Both the position numbers and the translations under genes were made by a program. This document shows positions 48,736 to 56,961 of a stretch of 64,000 nucleotides of DNA, one piece after another; the first letter of the stretch is position 1, and each line of letters opens with the position of its first letter. This DNA is from Candidatus Latescibacterota bacterium (GTDB lineage: Bacteria > Latescibacterota > UBA2968 > UBA8231): contig OZ242318.1 of assembly GCA_965208105.1 (NCBI GenBank), forward strand, positions 4,224,001 through 4,288,000, given 5' to 3'. The notes beneath the pieces were generated by a model that was not told where the DNA came from, made no database searches, and saw only the letters and a list, made by a program, of their open reading frames with translations.

Positions 48736-50610
48736 ATGATTTTGCTTCGTCTGGGCCTGACGAGCCTTGCAGTGCTTGCACTGGCCGTCGGCAACATTCA
48801 AGCTGAGGAAGAGCTTCCGACTCCCTTCGCCGGATACAATGCGGTATTTCCAATGCCGGATGTATCCGGCGCTCCCACTCCTGCCTCCGTCACCACCCAG
48901 AATGTCCAATGGGATGGGAGCGGAGCGGTGACCATTCCCTTCACCACAAGCATTCGCGGCTATGCCCTCCTGGCAATATACCGCACCGACAGCAGCGAGA
49001 CCGGCCTTCGCGGACCACTCGATTCCTGGCTGCGGGTGGTGCCCCAGGACCTCTACGTGAATCACGTAGTCCAGGACGTCGAGACCGGGAACAACTCCTT
49101 CACCTGGGACGGGAATGATTTTGAAGGCAATGCAGCCGGAGCAGGCAACTACGCCTTCGACATCGTCGTCGTCGGCACCCAGGACAAGCCTGTGCTGGTG
49201 GGTCCTTCGGAGCGCGGAGGAGCGCCCTGGGGCGAGACCCGCATCGACATCAAGCAGAATCCACCCGAGGTCTGGGCCTGGGACGTTTCCCAGCCTGCCG
49301 GCAACTACATGCGCGGAACCATCGGCACCGACTATCTCGCCAATCCGACGGCGTGGGAGTCGTGGACCACCGGCGACATCCTCGCTCACGAGGGTGCCTT
49401 CAGCTTTACCGGCATGCTGCCCGACGACAAGGATCCGGATGTCTACTGGCAGAACGACTGGCGCGGTGAGATGGGCGGGACCTTCAAGCTCAAGATCAAC
49501 CGCTCGGCGCAGTCCTTCGAGCGCGACACCTCCTTCGGGGACAATGGCTTCGTTCCCCAGACCGAGGATCGCAATCCCGGCATGGACCCATGGGGAGACA
49601 AGATCTACGTCGCCCACTGGAGCGTGGCAGACAATCCCGCCACCGGCATCGAGTTCCGCGACAAGACATCCGGGGAGATCGTCCAGTTCGTCGATCTCAA
49701 CGACTTCTTCACTCAGAACGTGGTGGACGATGAGGGCAACGAGTCCATCCGCAACCTGGGTCCTGGCAAGATCGACGCCAAGGCCACCGGGATGTGGACC
49801 AGTGCCTGGCGCTGGGATTCGCCCGTAGTGCACGTCAATCACGACGGCCAGATCGTCTGGGCGAATGTTGGTCCCGGCGACGGCATCGCCGTGCATTATC
49901 AGCGCGAAGTGGCGGCCGAGCTGGGTGTCAGAGCCGAAATCGCCTCCAACATTCACGAGGAGGGAACAGCCAACGGCGAGTTCATGTTCCTCACCGAGGT
50001 CCACACGACCACAGGTGCCTACTTCTCTCTTCTCGGTCGCGACGGCACGGGCCTGCAGCAGGTCATCTGCAACCGGGACAACGTCACCCCGGCGCAGAAC
50101 GCCGAAGGACGCTATATTCCCATGTGGGAGCTCATAGTCGTTGACGAGGGCGGGGCCTACGACGGGCTCTACTACGGCACCGACCTGGGCATGGAGTCGC
50201 AGACCTACACCAACGAGGAAGATCAGGGTGGTGCGGGCATGCTCCTCTTTATGCCCTTCGACGTCGCCTCCGGCAACCTGGGCGCGGACGTCGAAAGTGT
50301 GGTGGAGGCGGTGGAGAGCGCCGGCACCCCGGACAGCTATGCCCTGGGCGCGGCCTATCCCAACCCCTTCAATCCCGAGACCACCATCGAGTTCTCGGTT
50401 CCCGGCGACGGCCATGTGAAAATCGAGGTCTTCAACGCCGCGGGCCAGCTCCTGAGCAGCCTGGTGGACGAGGAGTTGAGCGCGGGTACCTACAAGACCA
50501 TGTGGGACGCCCTCGACCACAACGGTATGCAGGTGTCGAGCGGGGTCTACTTCTATCGGATGCAGGCCGGCGAATTTGCCGCCACCCATTCGATGACCCT
50601 GCTGAAGTAG
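48736..50610 (+). CDS. Secreted protein with N- and C-terminal FlgD-Ig domains (T9SS-type sorting tail)
   Basis: AGGAAGGA RBS; signal peptide (..NIQA/EE); N-terminal FTWDGNDFEG..AGNY; C-terminal YPNPFNPETTIEF..WDALD..VSSGVYFYRM; very acidic. Confidence 0.88.
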   Translation: MILLRLGLTSLAVLALAVGNIQAEEELPTPFAGYNAVFPMPDVSGAPTPASVTTQNVQWDGSGAVTIPFTTSIRGYALLAIYRTDSSETGLRGPLDSWLRVVPQDLYVNHVVQDVETGNNSFTWDGNDFEGNAAGAGNYAFDIVVVGTQDKPVLVGPSERGGAPWGETRIDIKQNPPEVWAWDVSQPAGNYMRGTIGTDYLANPTAWESWTTGDILAHEGAFSFTGMLPDDKDPDVYWQNDWRGEMGGTFKLKINRSAQSFERDTSFGDNGFVPQTEDRNPGMDPWGDKIYVAHWSVADNPATGIEFRDKTSGEIVQFVDLNDFFTQNVVDDEGNESIRNLGPGKIDAKATGMWTSAWRWDSPVVHVNHDGQIVWANVGPGDGIAVHYQREVAAELGVRAEIASNIHEEGTANGEFMFLTEVHTTTGAYFSLLGRDGTGLQQVICNRDNVTPAQNAEGRYIPMWELIVVDEGGAYDGLYYGTDLGMESQTYTNEEDQGGAGMLLFMPFDVASGNLGADVESVVEAVESAGTPDSYALGAAYPNPFNPETTIEFSVPGDGHVKIEVFNAAGQLLSSLVDEELSAGTYKTMWDALDHNGMQVSSGVYFYRMQAGEFAATHSMTLLK

Positions 50611-50660
50611 GCTGAGCCGCCTCGGCGCCTCTGGGTGCCGCATTGGCCAGCATGTGAGAC

Positions 50661-50703
50661 AGAGCCGACTCCGGTGAGATCAACCGGGGTCGGCTCTCTT
50701 TTT
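50661..50703 (+). terminator. Rho-independent terminator
   Basis: 15-bp stem AGAGCCGACTCCGGT/ACCGGGGTCGGCTCT (one G-U) followed by CTTTTT. Confidence 0.8.
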
Positions 50704-50823
50704 CCAAGTGGCAGGGGAAGAATTCCGGTTTAGCCTCAGTCCCGGGGGTGGACAGAAGGTCCTGTACCACCTACTTTTAGGGCTTTGCCGAAATGTAAGA
50801 TAGAGATGCCAAGGAGAGATGGA

Positions 50824-53778
50824 ATGAATCGCCGATTGGTGCGGCGGGTAGTGCTCGCGCTCTGCGGGTTCCTGGTCAGCGGGGCGGAGAGCCGGGAGGA
50901 GCCCTCCCTGTACTCGCTGCCCCAACTGCTGCCCGCCCGGCCCTTCCTGCGCCACGACCGCCCCGCCTACCGCAACTATGCCCTGCAGATCTACACCCAC
51001 TCCCGCGGCCACAGCTTCAACACCATAAGAGGCACGGACGAAGCGGGAAGGATCGAATACTACTTCGACATACCCAAGACCTACTACGGCTCCATGGGCA
51101 ACTACCTGGTCCATGGCTACCGGTTCTACGACTGGACCGAGACGCGGCGGCCGGGGCAGGACTTCGGCAGCTCCGTCGGCAAGGACATCAACATGTTCCA
51201 GAACGTGGTGGACCACGTGATGGTGGCCCGCGACGGATACGGTGACTGGGGCTACAGCATGATCGTCGGGGATGGCCTGATTGCGCGGCTCACCCCGCTG
51301 ACCCTGTCGATGACCGATTTCAACGGGGCGCGCTTCGATTTCTCCACGCCGCGGCTGAAGTTCACCCTCATGGGCTCGCGCATCGCCAAGCCCACCGAGG
51401 CGCCCCCCGCCCGCCGCCTCGACGACACTGCCGTGATCGACGGGGCCTTCTTCACCTTTCTCGCCGATGCCAGCGTGCTGCTGCTGGGCAGCCGGCTGCA
51501 GGCCGATCTGGGCAGCCTTAGCCTGGGGTTGAACGGGGCCAACGCCCACCTCTTCCACAGCACTCGGGATGGAGGCGGCGGCCTCAAGGGGTCGGTGCAC
51601 CCCGAGCAGCCCTTTCTGGACTGGTTGGTGGTGCGCTTCAGCGACGATTCGCCTCGGGACGGCCGCGGGGGTCCCGTGGTGCAGGAGGTGAAGCTGATTC
51701 TCAACGGCGAAGAGCGCCCGGATCTGCGCCCCGGGGTGGTGCGCCACCGGAGCGCCCCCCGGTCGCAGGTGGGGTCCACCTCGGTGCGCACCGGCGAGTT
51801 CCGCGCCATCCAGTATACCGGGTTCAGGGCCGACCGCGGCGGCGGCTACGGCGCCGCCACGGCCCCCTTCTACCGCGGCCGGGTGGAGATCGCGCCCTAT
51901 GCCGACTACCTCTACCGCCTCGACCACGAGGCGGGGGAGGACGTGAGCGAGATCACCAACCTGGAAGGGCTGCTGTCCACCTTCCAGGCCGTCTCTCCAG
52001 AGCAGGTGCAGGAGGTGGCGGGGGAGGAGCAGGTGGTCTACCTGTTCGACCTTTCGCAGGAGCCCCTGGTGCGCCGGGTGGAGGTGGAGGCCCTGGTGGG
52101 CAACGACTACCACATCGAGGTGGCGACCTTGACGGAGGTGGACGACGGCCGGGCGACCAACCGCACCCGTCAGTTCACCAGCACGTTCTACCGCACGGTG
52201 CTGCGCGCCGAGGGCAACGTCCAGGACCTTTCGAATCTGCGCCGCCTGCGCTTCGGCGTCGGGGAGCAGACGGGCCTGTTCACCTACAGCGCGGATGTGC
52301 GCCTGCAGCTGGCGGGGGTGGACATCAGCGGGGAGTATGCGCGCTCGGCGCTCTACTCGCGCTATCCCGCGCGCCAGGGGGAGGAGACTCTCTACGGGTC
52401 GGCGCCGTCCTTTTCGGAGCGGGGATCGGCCTACTACGTCAACGGCACGCGCTGGCTGGGCCGGGTACGGGTCGGGGGGGAGTATTTCTCCATCAATCCG
52501 GACCATCGCACGACCCTGCGCACCTACGAGCCGATCACCTTCCTGTGCTGTTACGCCGGGCGCATGGCCGGCCTGGTCAACAGCACCATGTACTGGGACC
52601 TGGTTCAGGACAACGATGACGGCGACCGCTACCCCGACCGCAACAGCGGCGCCATCCTCGGACAGCCGTATGGGGGAGACGTGCGCGGGCGGGACCCCGA
52701 TGGAATTTCAGTGGGCCTGGACGCCGACGGGGACGGGGTGCCCGACACCAACCGCAACCGCAACGGGATACCCGACTACGAAGAGCCCTTCCTGATGTAT
52801 GACGTGGAGCCCAACGACTACACTTACGGCCTCGACCGCAACAACAACGACGAGCTCGACGCCCGCGAGGACGACGAGGACTGGGACTATCCCTACGACC
52901 ACGACCAGCGCGGCCTTCACCTGTTCGGCCAGGTGGATCTGAGCCGCCACTGGTCTTTGGGGGCGGGGCGCTACCAGGTGGGGGAGGTGGCCGGTCCGGG
53001 CCGCAACCACTCCAGCTACGCCCTGTTGACCTACCGGCGCGAGGGGGTGGACCGCCTGCGCCGCCTGTTCTTCGAGAACCACCTGCGCCGGGTGCGTGAC
53101 GACATCGCCGACGAGCACAACGCGCTGATCGAGACGGCCACCCGGTTTACCAAGGAGACCCGCGCCGACCGGCTTCTCTACCAGGACAGCTACGTCAACG
53201 AGACCTACCTGGAGGGGAGGGTCAGCCCCTGGTCGACCTTGAACCTGGGTCAGCAGCTGCGCCTGCGCGTCAACTGGCAGCAGGGGGGCGAGGTGCGCCA
53301 GGGTCTTTTTCAGCGCCAGCGGAGGCTGGACCACTGGACCTGGGTGAGCCGGGCGGACTACACTTGGCGCCGGGGCAAGCTGAGCGTGACGCCGAAGTTC
53401 AAGTTCATGCTCATGCGGCTGCGCGACGCCGACGAGGACCGGCTGCTGCGCTCGGAATATTACGCCATACCCATTCTGCAGGCGAGCTACCCGGTGATGA
53501 CGCGCAACCTGCTGCAGGCGGGCGTGCAGGGTTGGGGTCCGTGGCCCTACCGCTTCGAGAACGAGGCGCGGGGGGCGCACAGTTTCGAACGGCGCACGGC
53601 GTTCGTCAACCTGATCAACCGCTCGCGCTATTTCGGCTACGACCTGTATACCATCGTGGGCACGGAGTGGGACGAGCGCGCCTACGACGTGGAGTTCCAG
53701 GGATTCCGTAACTTCGACACCTGGCGTTTTTTCGTGCGCTCCCTGGTGGGCTTTACCGAGTTCGGCTCGCTGTTGTAA
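50824..53778 (+). CDS. Large exported hypothetical protein, predicted OM beta-barrel with TSP3-like Ca-binding loop (tandem copy 1)
   Basis: Signal peptide; many amphipathic strands; DNDDGDRYPD, DADGDGVPD, NRNRNGIPD, DRNNNDELD. Confidence 0.8.
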   Translation: MNRRLVRRVVLALCGFLVSGAESREEPSLYSLPQLLPARPFLRHDRPAYRNYALQIYTHSRGHSFNTIRGTDEAGRIEYYFDIPKTYYGSMGNYLVHGYRFYDWTETRRPGQDFGSSVGKDINMFQNVVDHVMVARDGYGDWGYSMIVGDGLIARLTPLTLSMTDFNGARFDFSTPRLKFTLMGSRIAKPTEAPPARRLDDTAVIDGAFFTFLADASVLLLGSRLQADLGSLSLGLNGANAHLFHSTRDGGGGLKGSVHPEQPFLDWLVVRFSDDSPRDGRGGPVVQEVKLILNGEERPDLRPGVVRHRSAPRSQVGSTSVRTGEFRAIQYTGFRADRGGGYGAATAPFYRGRVEIAPYADYLYRLDHEAGEDVSEITNLEGLLSTFQAVSPEQVQEVAGEEQVVYLFDLSQEPLVRRVEVEALVGNDYHIEVATLTEVDDGRATNRTRQFTSTFYRTVLRAEGNVQDLSNLRRLRFGVGEQTGLFTYSADVRLQLAGVDISGEYARSALYSRYPARQGEETLYGSAPSFSERGSAYYVNGTRWLGRVRVGGEYFSINPDHRTTLRTYEPITFLCCYAGRMAGLVNSTMYWDLVQDNDDGDRYPDRNSGAILGQPYGGDVRGRDPDGISVGLDADGDGVPDTNRNRNGIPDYEEPFLMYDVEPNDYTYGLDRNNNDELDAREDDEDWDYPYDHDQRGLHLFGQVDLSRHWSLGAGRYQVGEVAGPGRNHSSYALLTYRREGVDRLRRLFFENHLRRVRDDIADEHNALIETATRFTKETRADRLLYQDSYVNETYLEGRVSPWSTLNLGQQLRLRVNWQQGGEVRQGLFQRQRRLDHWTWVSRADYTWRRGKLSVTPKFKFMLMRLRDADEDRLLRSEYYAIPILQASYPVMTRNLLQAGVQGWGPWPYRFENEARGAHSFERRTAFVNLINRSRYFGYDLYTIVGTEWDERAYDVEFQGFRNFDTWRFFVRSLVGFTEFGSLL

Positions 53779-56700
53779 CCGGTCTTCGGGCCGGGGCGCA
53801 GCGGCCGGCATTACCCCAATTGCCCGACATGACCGTGGGCTGAGCTAATTCTTTTTTTTCTATATGGTTGTCATGTCCGCCATAAAGCAAGGCCGGATGA
53901 AATGAGATCCCGATTGGCCCGGCGGGTAGTGCTCGCGCTCTGCGGGTTCCTGGTCAGCGGGGCGGAGAGCCGGGAGGAGCCCTCCCTGCACTCGCTGCCC
54001 CAACTGCTGCCCGCCCGGCCCTTCCTGCGCCACGACCGGCCCGCCTACCGCAACTATGCCCTGCAGATCTTCACCCACTCCCGCGGCCACAGCTTCAACA
54101 CCATAAGAGGCACGGAAGCGGGAAGGGTCGAATACTACTTCGATATTCCCAAGACCTACTACGGCTCCATGGGCAACTACCTGGTCCATGGCTACCGGTT
54201 CTACGACTGGACCGAGACGCGGCGGCCGGGGCAGGACTTCGGCAGCTCCGTCGGCAAGGACATCAACATGTTCCAGAACGTGGTGGACCACGTGATGGTG
54301 GCTCGCGACGGATATGGTGACTGGGGCTACAGCATGATCGTCGGGGATGGCCTGATTGCGCGGCTCACCCCGCTGACCCTGTCGATGACCGATTTCAACG
54401 GGGCGCGCTTCGATTTCTCCACGCCGCGGCTGAAGTTCACCTTCATGGGCTCGCGCATCGCCAAGCCCACTGAGTCCCCCAGCCGCCTCGACGACACCGC
54501 CGTGATCGACGGGGCCCACTATACCTTTCTCGCCGATGCCAGCGTGCTGCTGCTGGGCAGCCGGCTGCAGGCCGATCTGGGCAGTTTGAGCCTGGGGTTG
54601 AACGGGGCCAACGCCCACCTCTTCCACAGCACGCGGGATGGAGGCGGCAGCCTCAAGGGGTCGGTGCACCCCGGGCAGCCCTTCATCGACTGGGTGGTGG
54701 TGCGCTTCAGCGACGATTCGCCTCGGGACGGCCGCGGGGGTCCCGTGGTGCAGGAAGTGAAGCTGATTCTCAACGGAGAGGAGCGCCCGGATCTGCGCCC
54801 CGGGGTGGTGCGCCACCGGAGCGGCCCCCGGTCGCAGGTGGGGTCCACCTCGGTGCGCACCGGCGAGTTCCGCGCCATCCAGTATACCGGGTTCAGGGCC
54901 GACCGCGGCGGCGGCTTTGCCGCCGCCACGGCCCCCTTCTACCGCGGCCGGGTGGAGATCGCGCCCTATGCCGACTACCTCTACCGCCTCGACCACGAGG
55001 CGGGGGAGGACGTGAGCGAGATCACCAACCTGGAGGGGCTGCTGTCCACCTTCCAGGCCGGTTCTGCGGAGCAGGTGCAGGAGGTGGCGGGGGAGGAGCA
55101 GGTGGTCTACCTGTTCGACCTGTCACAGGAGCCCCTGGTGCGCCGGGTGGAGGTGGAGGCCCTGGTGGGCAACGACTACCACATCGAGGTGGCGACCTTG
55201 ACGGAGGTGGACGACGGCCGGGCGACCAACCGCACCCGTCAGTTCACCAGCACGTTCTACCGCACGGTGCTGCGCGCCGAGGGCAACGTCCAGGACCTTT
55301 CGAATCTGCGCCGCCTGCGCTTCGGCGTCGGGGAGCAGACGGGCCTGTTCACCTACAGCGCGGATGTGCGCCTGCAGCTGGCGGGGGTGGACATCAGCGG
55401 GGAGTATGCGCGCTCGGCGCTCTACTCGCGCTATCCCGCGCGCCAGGGGGAGGAGACTCTCTACGGGTCGGCGCCGTCCTTTTCGGAGCGGGGATCGGCC
55501 TACTATATCAACGGCACGCGCTGGCTGGGCCGGGTGCGGGTCGGGGGGGAGTATTTCTCCATCAATCCGGACCATCGCACGACCCTGCGCACTTACGAGC
55601 CGATCACCTTCCTGTGCTGCTACGCCGGGCGCATGGCCGGAATGGTCAACAGCACCATGTACTGGGACCTGGTCCAGGACAACGATGACGGCGACCGCTA
55701 CCCCGACCGCAACAGCGGCGCCATCCTCGGACAGCCCTTTTCGCGTGAGGTGCGCGGGCGGGACCCCGATGGAATTTCGGTGGGCCTGGACGCCGACGGA
55801 GACGGGGTGCCCGACACCAACCGCAACCGCAACGGGATACCCGACTACGAAGAGCCCTTCCTGATGTATGACGTGGAGCCCAACGACTACACCTACGGCC
55901 TCGACCGCAACAACAACGACGAGCTCGACGCCCGCGAGGACGACGAGGACTGGGACTATCCCTACGACCACGACCAGCGCGGCCTCCACCTGTTCGGCCA
56001 GGTGGATCTGAGCCGCCACTGGTCTTTGGGGGCGGGGCGCTACCAGGTGGGGGAGGTGGCCGGTCCGGGCCGCAACCACTCCAGCTACGCCCTGTTGACC
56101 TACCGGCGCGAGGGGATGGACCGCCTGCGCCGCCTGTTCTTCGAGAACCACCTGCGCCGGGTGCGTGACGACATCGCCGACGAGCACAACGCGCTGATCG
56201 AGACGGCCACCCGGTTTACCAAGGAGACCCGCGCCGACCGGCTTCTCTACCAGGACAGCTACGTCAACGAGACCTACTTGGAGGGAAGGGTCAACCCCTG
56301 GTCGACGCTGCACCTGGGTCAGCAGTTGCGCCTGCGCGTCAACTGGCAGCAGGGGGGCGAGGTGCGCCAGGGTTTTTTTCAGCGCCAGCGGAGGCTGGAC
56401 CACTGGACCTGGGTGAGCCGGGCGGACTACACCTGGAGCCGGGGACAGTTGAGGGTTTCGCCGAAGTTCAAGTTCATGCTCATGCGGCTGCGCGACGCCG
56501 ACGAGGACCGGCTGCTGCGCTCGGAGTATTACGTGGTTCCCATTCTGCATGCGAGCTACCCGGTGATGACGCGCAACCTGCTGCAGGCGGGCGTGCAGGG
56601 TTGGGGTCCGTGGCCCTACCGCTTCGAGAACGAGGCGCGGGGGGCGCACAGTTTCGAACGGCGCACGGCGTTCGTCAACCTGGTCAACCGCTCGCGCTAT

Positions 56701-56876
56701 TTCGGCTACGACCTGTATACCATCGTGGGCACGGAGTGGGACGAGCGCGCCTACGACGTGGAGTTCCAGGGATTCCGCAACTTCGACACCTGGCGTTTTT
56801 TCGTGCGCTCCCTGGTGGGCTTTACCGAGTTCGGCTCGCTGCTGTAACCGGTCTTCGGACCGAGGCGCAGCGGCCG
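50833..56876 (+). repeat. Direct tandem duplication of ~3 kb (50833-53807 and 53911-56876)
   Basis: Near-identical CDS plus ~30 bp of shared 3' flank containing a C(TTCG)G hairpin. Confidence 0.92.
53902..56847 (+). CDS. Tandem copy 2 of the predicted beta-barrel protein (~96% aa identical to copy 1)
   Basis: Colinear with 50824-53778; about 41 aa differences counted by eye. Confidence 0.8.
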   Translation: MRSRLARRVVLALCGFLVSGAESREEPSLHSLPQLLPARPFLRHDRPAYRNYALQIFTHSRGHSFNTIRGTEAGRVEYYFDIPKTYYGSMGNYLVHGYRFYDWTETRRPGQDFGSSVGKDINMFQNVVDHVMVARDGYGDWGYSMIVGDGLIARLTPLTLSMTDFNGARFDFSTPRLKFTFMGSRIAKPTESPSRLDDTAVIDGAHYTFLADASVLLLGSRLQADLGSLSLGLNGANAHLFHSTRDGGGSLKGSVHPGQPFIDWVVVRFSDDSPRDGRGGPVVQEVKLILNGEERPDLRPGVVRHRSGPRSQVGSTSVRTGEFRAIQYTGFRADRGGGFAAATAPFYRGRVEIAPYADYLYRLDHEAGEDVSEITNLEGLLSTFQAGSAEQVQEVAGEEQVVYLFDLSQEPLVRRVEVEALVGNDYHIEVATLTEVDDGRATNRTRQFTSTFYRTVLRAEGNVQDLSNLRRLRFGVGEQTGLFTYSADVRLQLAGVDISGEYARSALYSRYPARQGEETLYGSAPSFSERGSAYYINGTRWLGRVRVGGEYFSINPDHRTTLRTYEPITFLCCYAGRMAGMVNSTMYWDLVQDNDDGDRYPDRNSGAILGQPFSREVRGRDPDGISVGLDADGDGVPDTNRNRNGIPDYEEPFLMYDVEPNDYTYGLDRNNNDELDAREDDEDWDYPYDHDQRGLHLFGQVDLSRHWSLGAGRYQVGEVAGPGRNHSSYALLTYRREGMDRLRRLFFENHLRRVRDDIADEHNALIETATRFTKETRADRLLYQDSYVNETYLEGRVNPWSTLHLGQQLRLRVNWQQGGEVRQGFFQRQRRLDHWTWVSRADYTWSRGQLRVSPKFKFMLMRLRDADEDRLLRSEYYVVPILHASYPVMTRNLLQAGVQGWGPWPYRFENEARGAHSFERRTAFVNLVNRSRYFGYDLYTIVGTEWDERAYDVEFQGFRNFDTWRFFVRSLVGFTEFGSLL

Positions 56877-56961
56877 CGTCGATAGCGGGCCGCGCCAGGG
56901 CAGGGCAAGCCCTTATCTTGAGAACCCCGGCGCTGGAACGGATTTTGCCTTTCCCGGTGGC

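Noticed and set aside
50824-56847. Diversity-generating retroelement (TR/VR pair) as the cause of the paralog differences
   Set aside because: Differences are not adenine-specific, include indels and synonymous changes across 3 kb, and no reverse transcriptase is in the window
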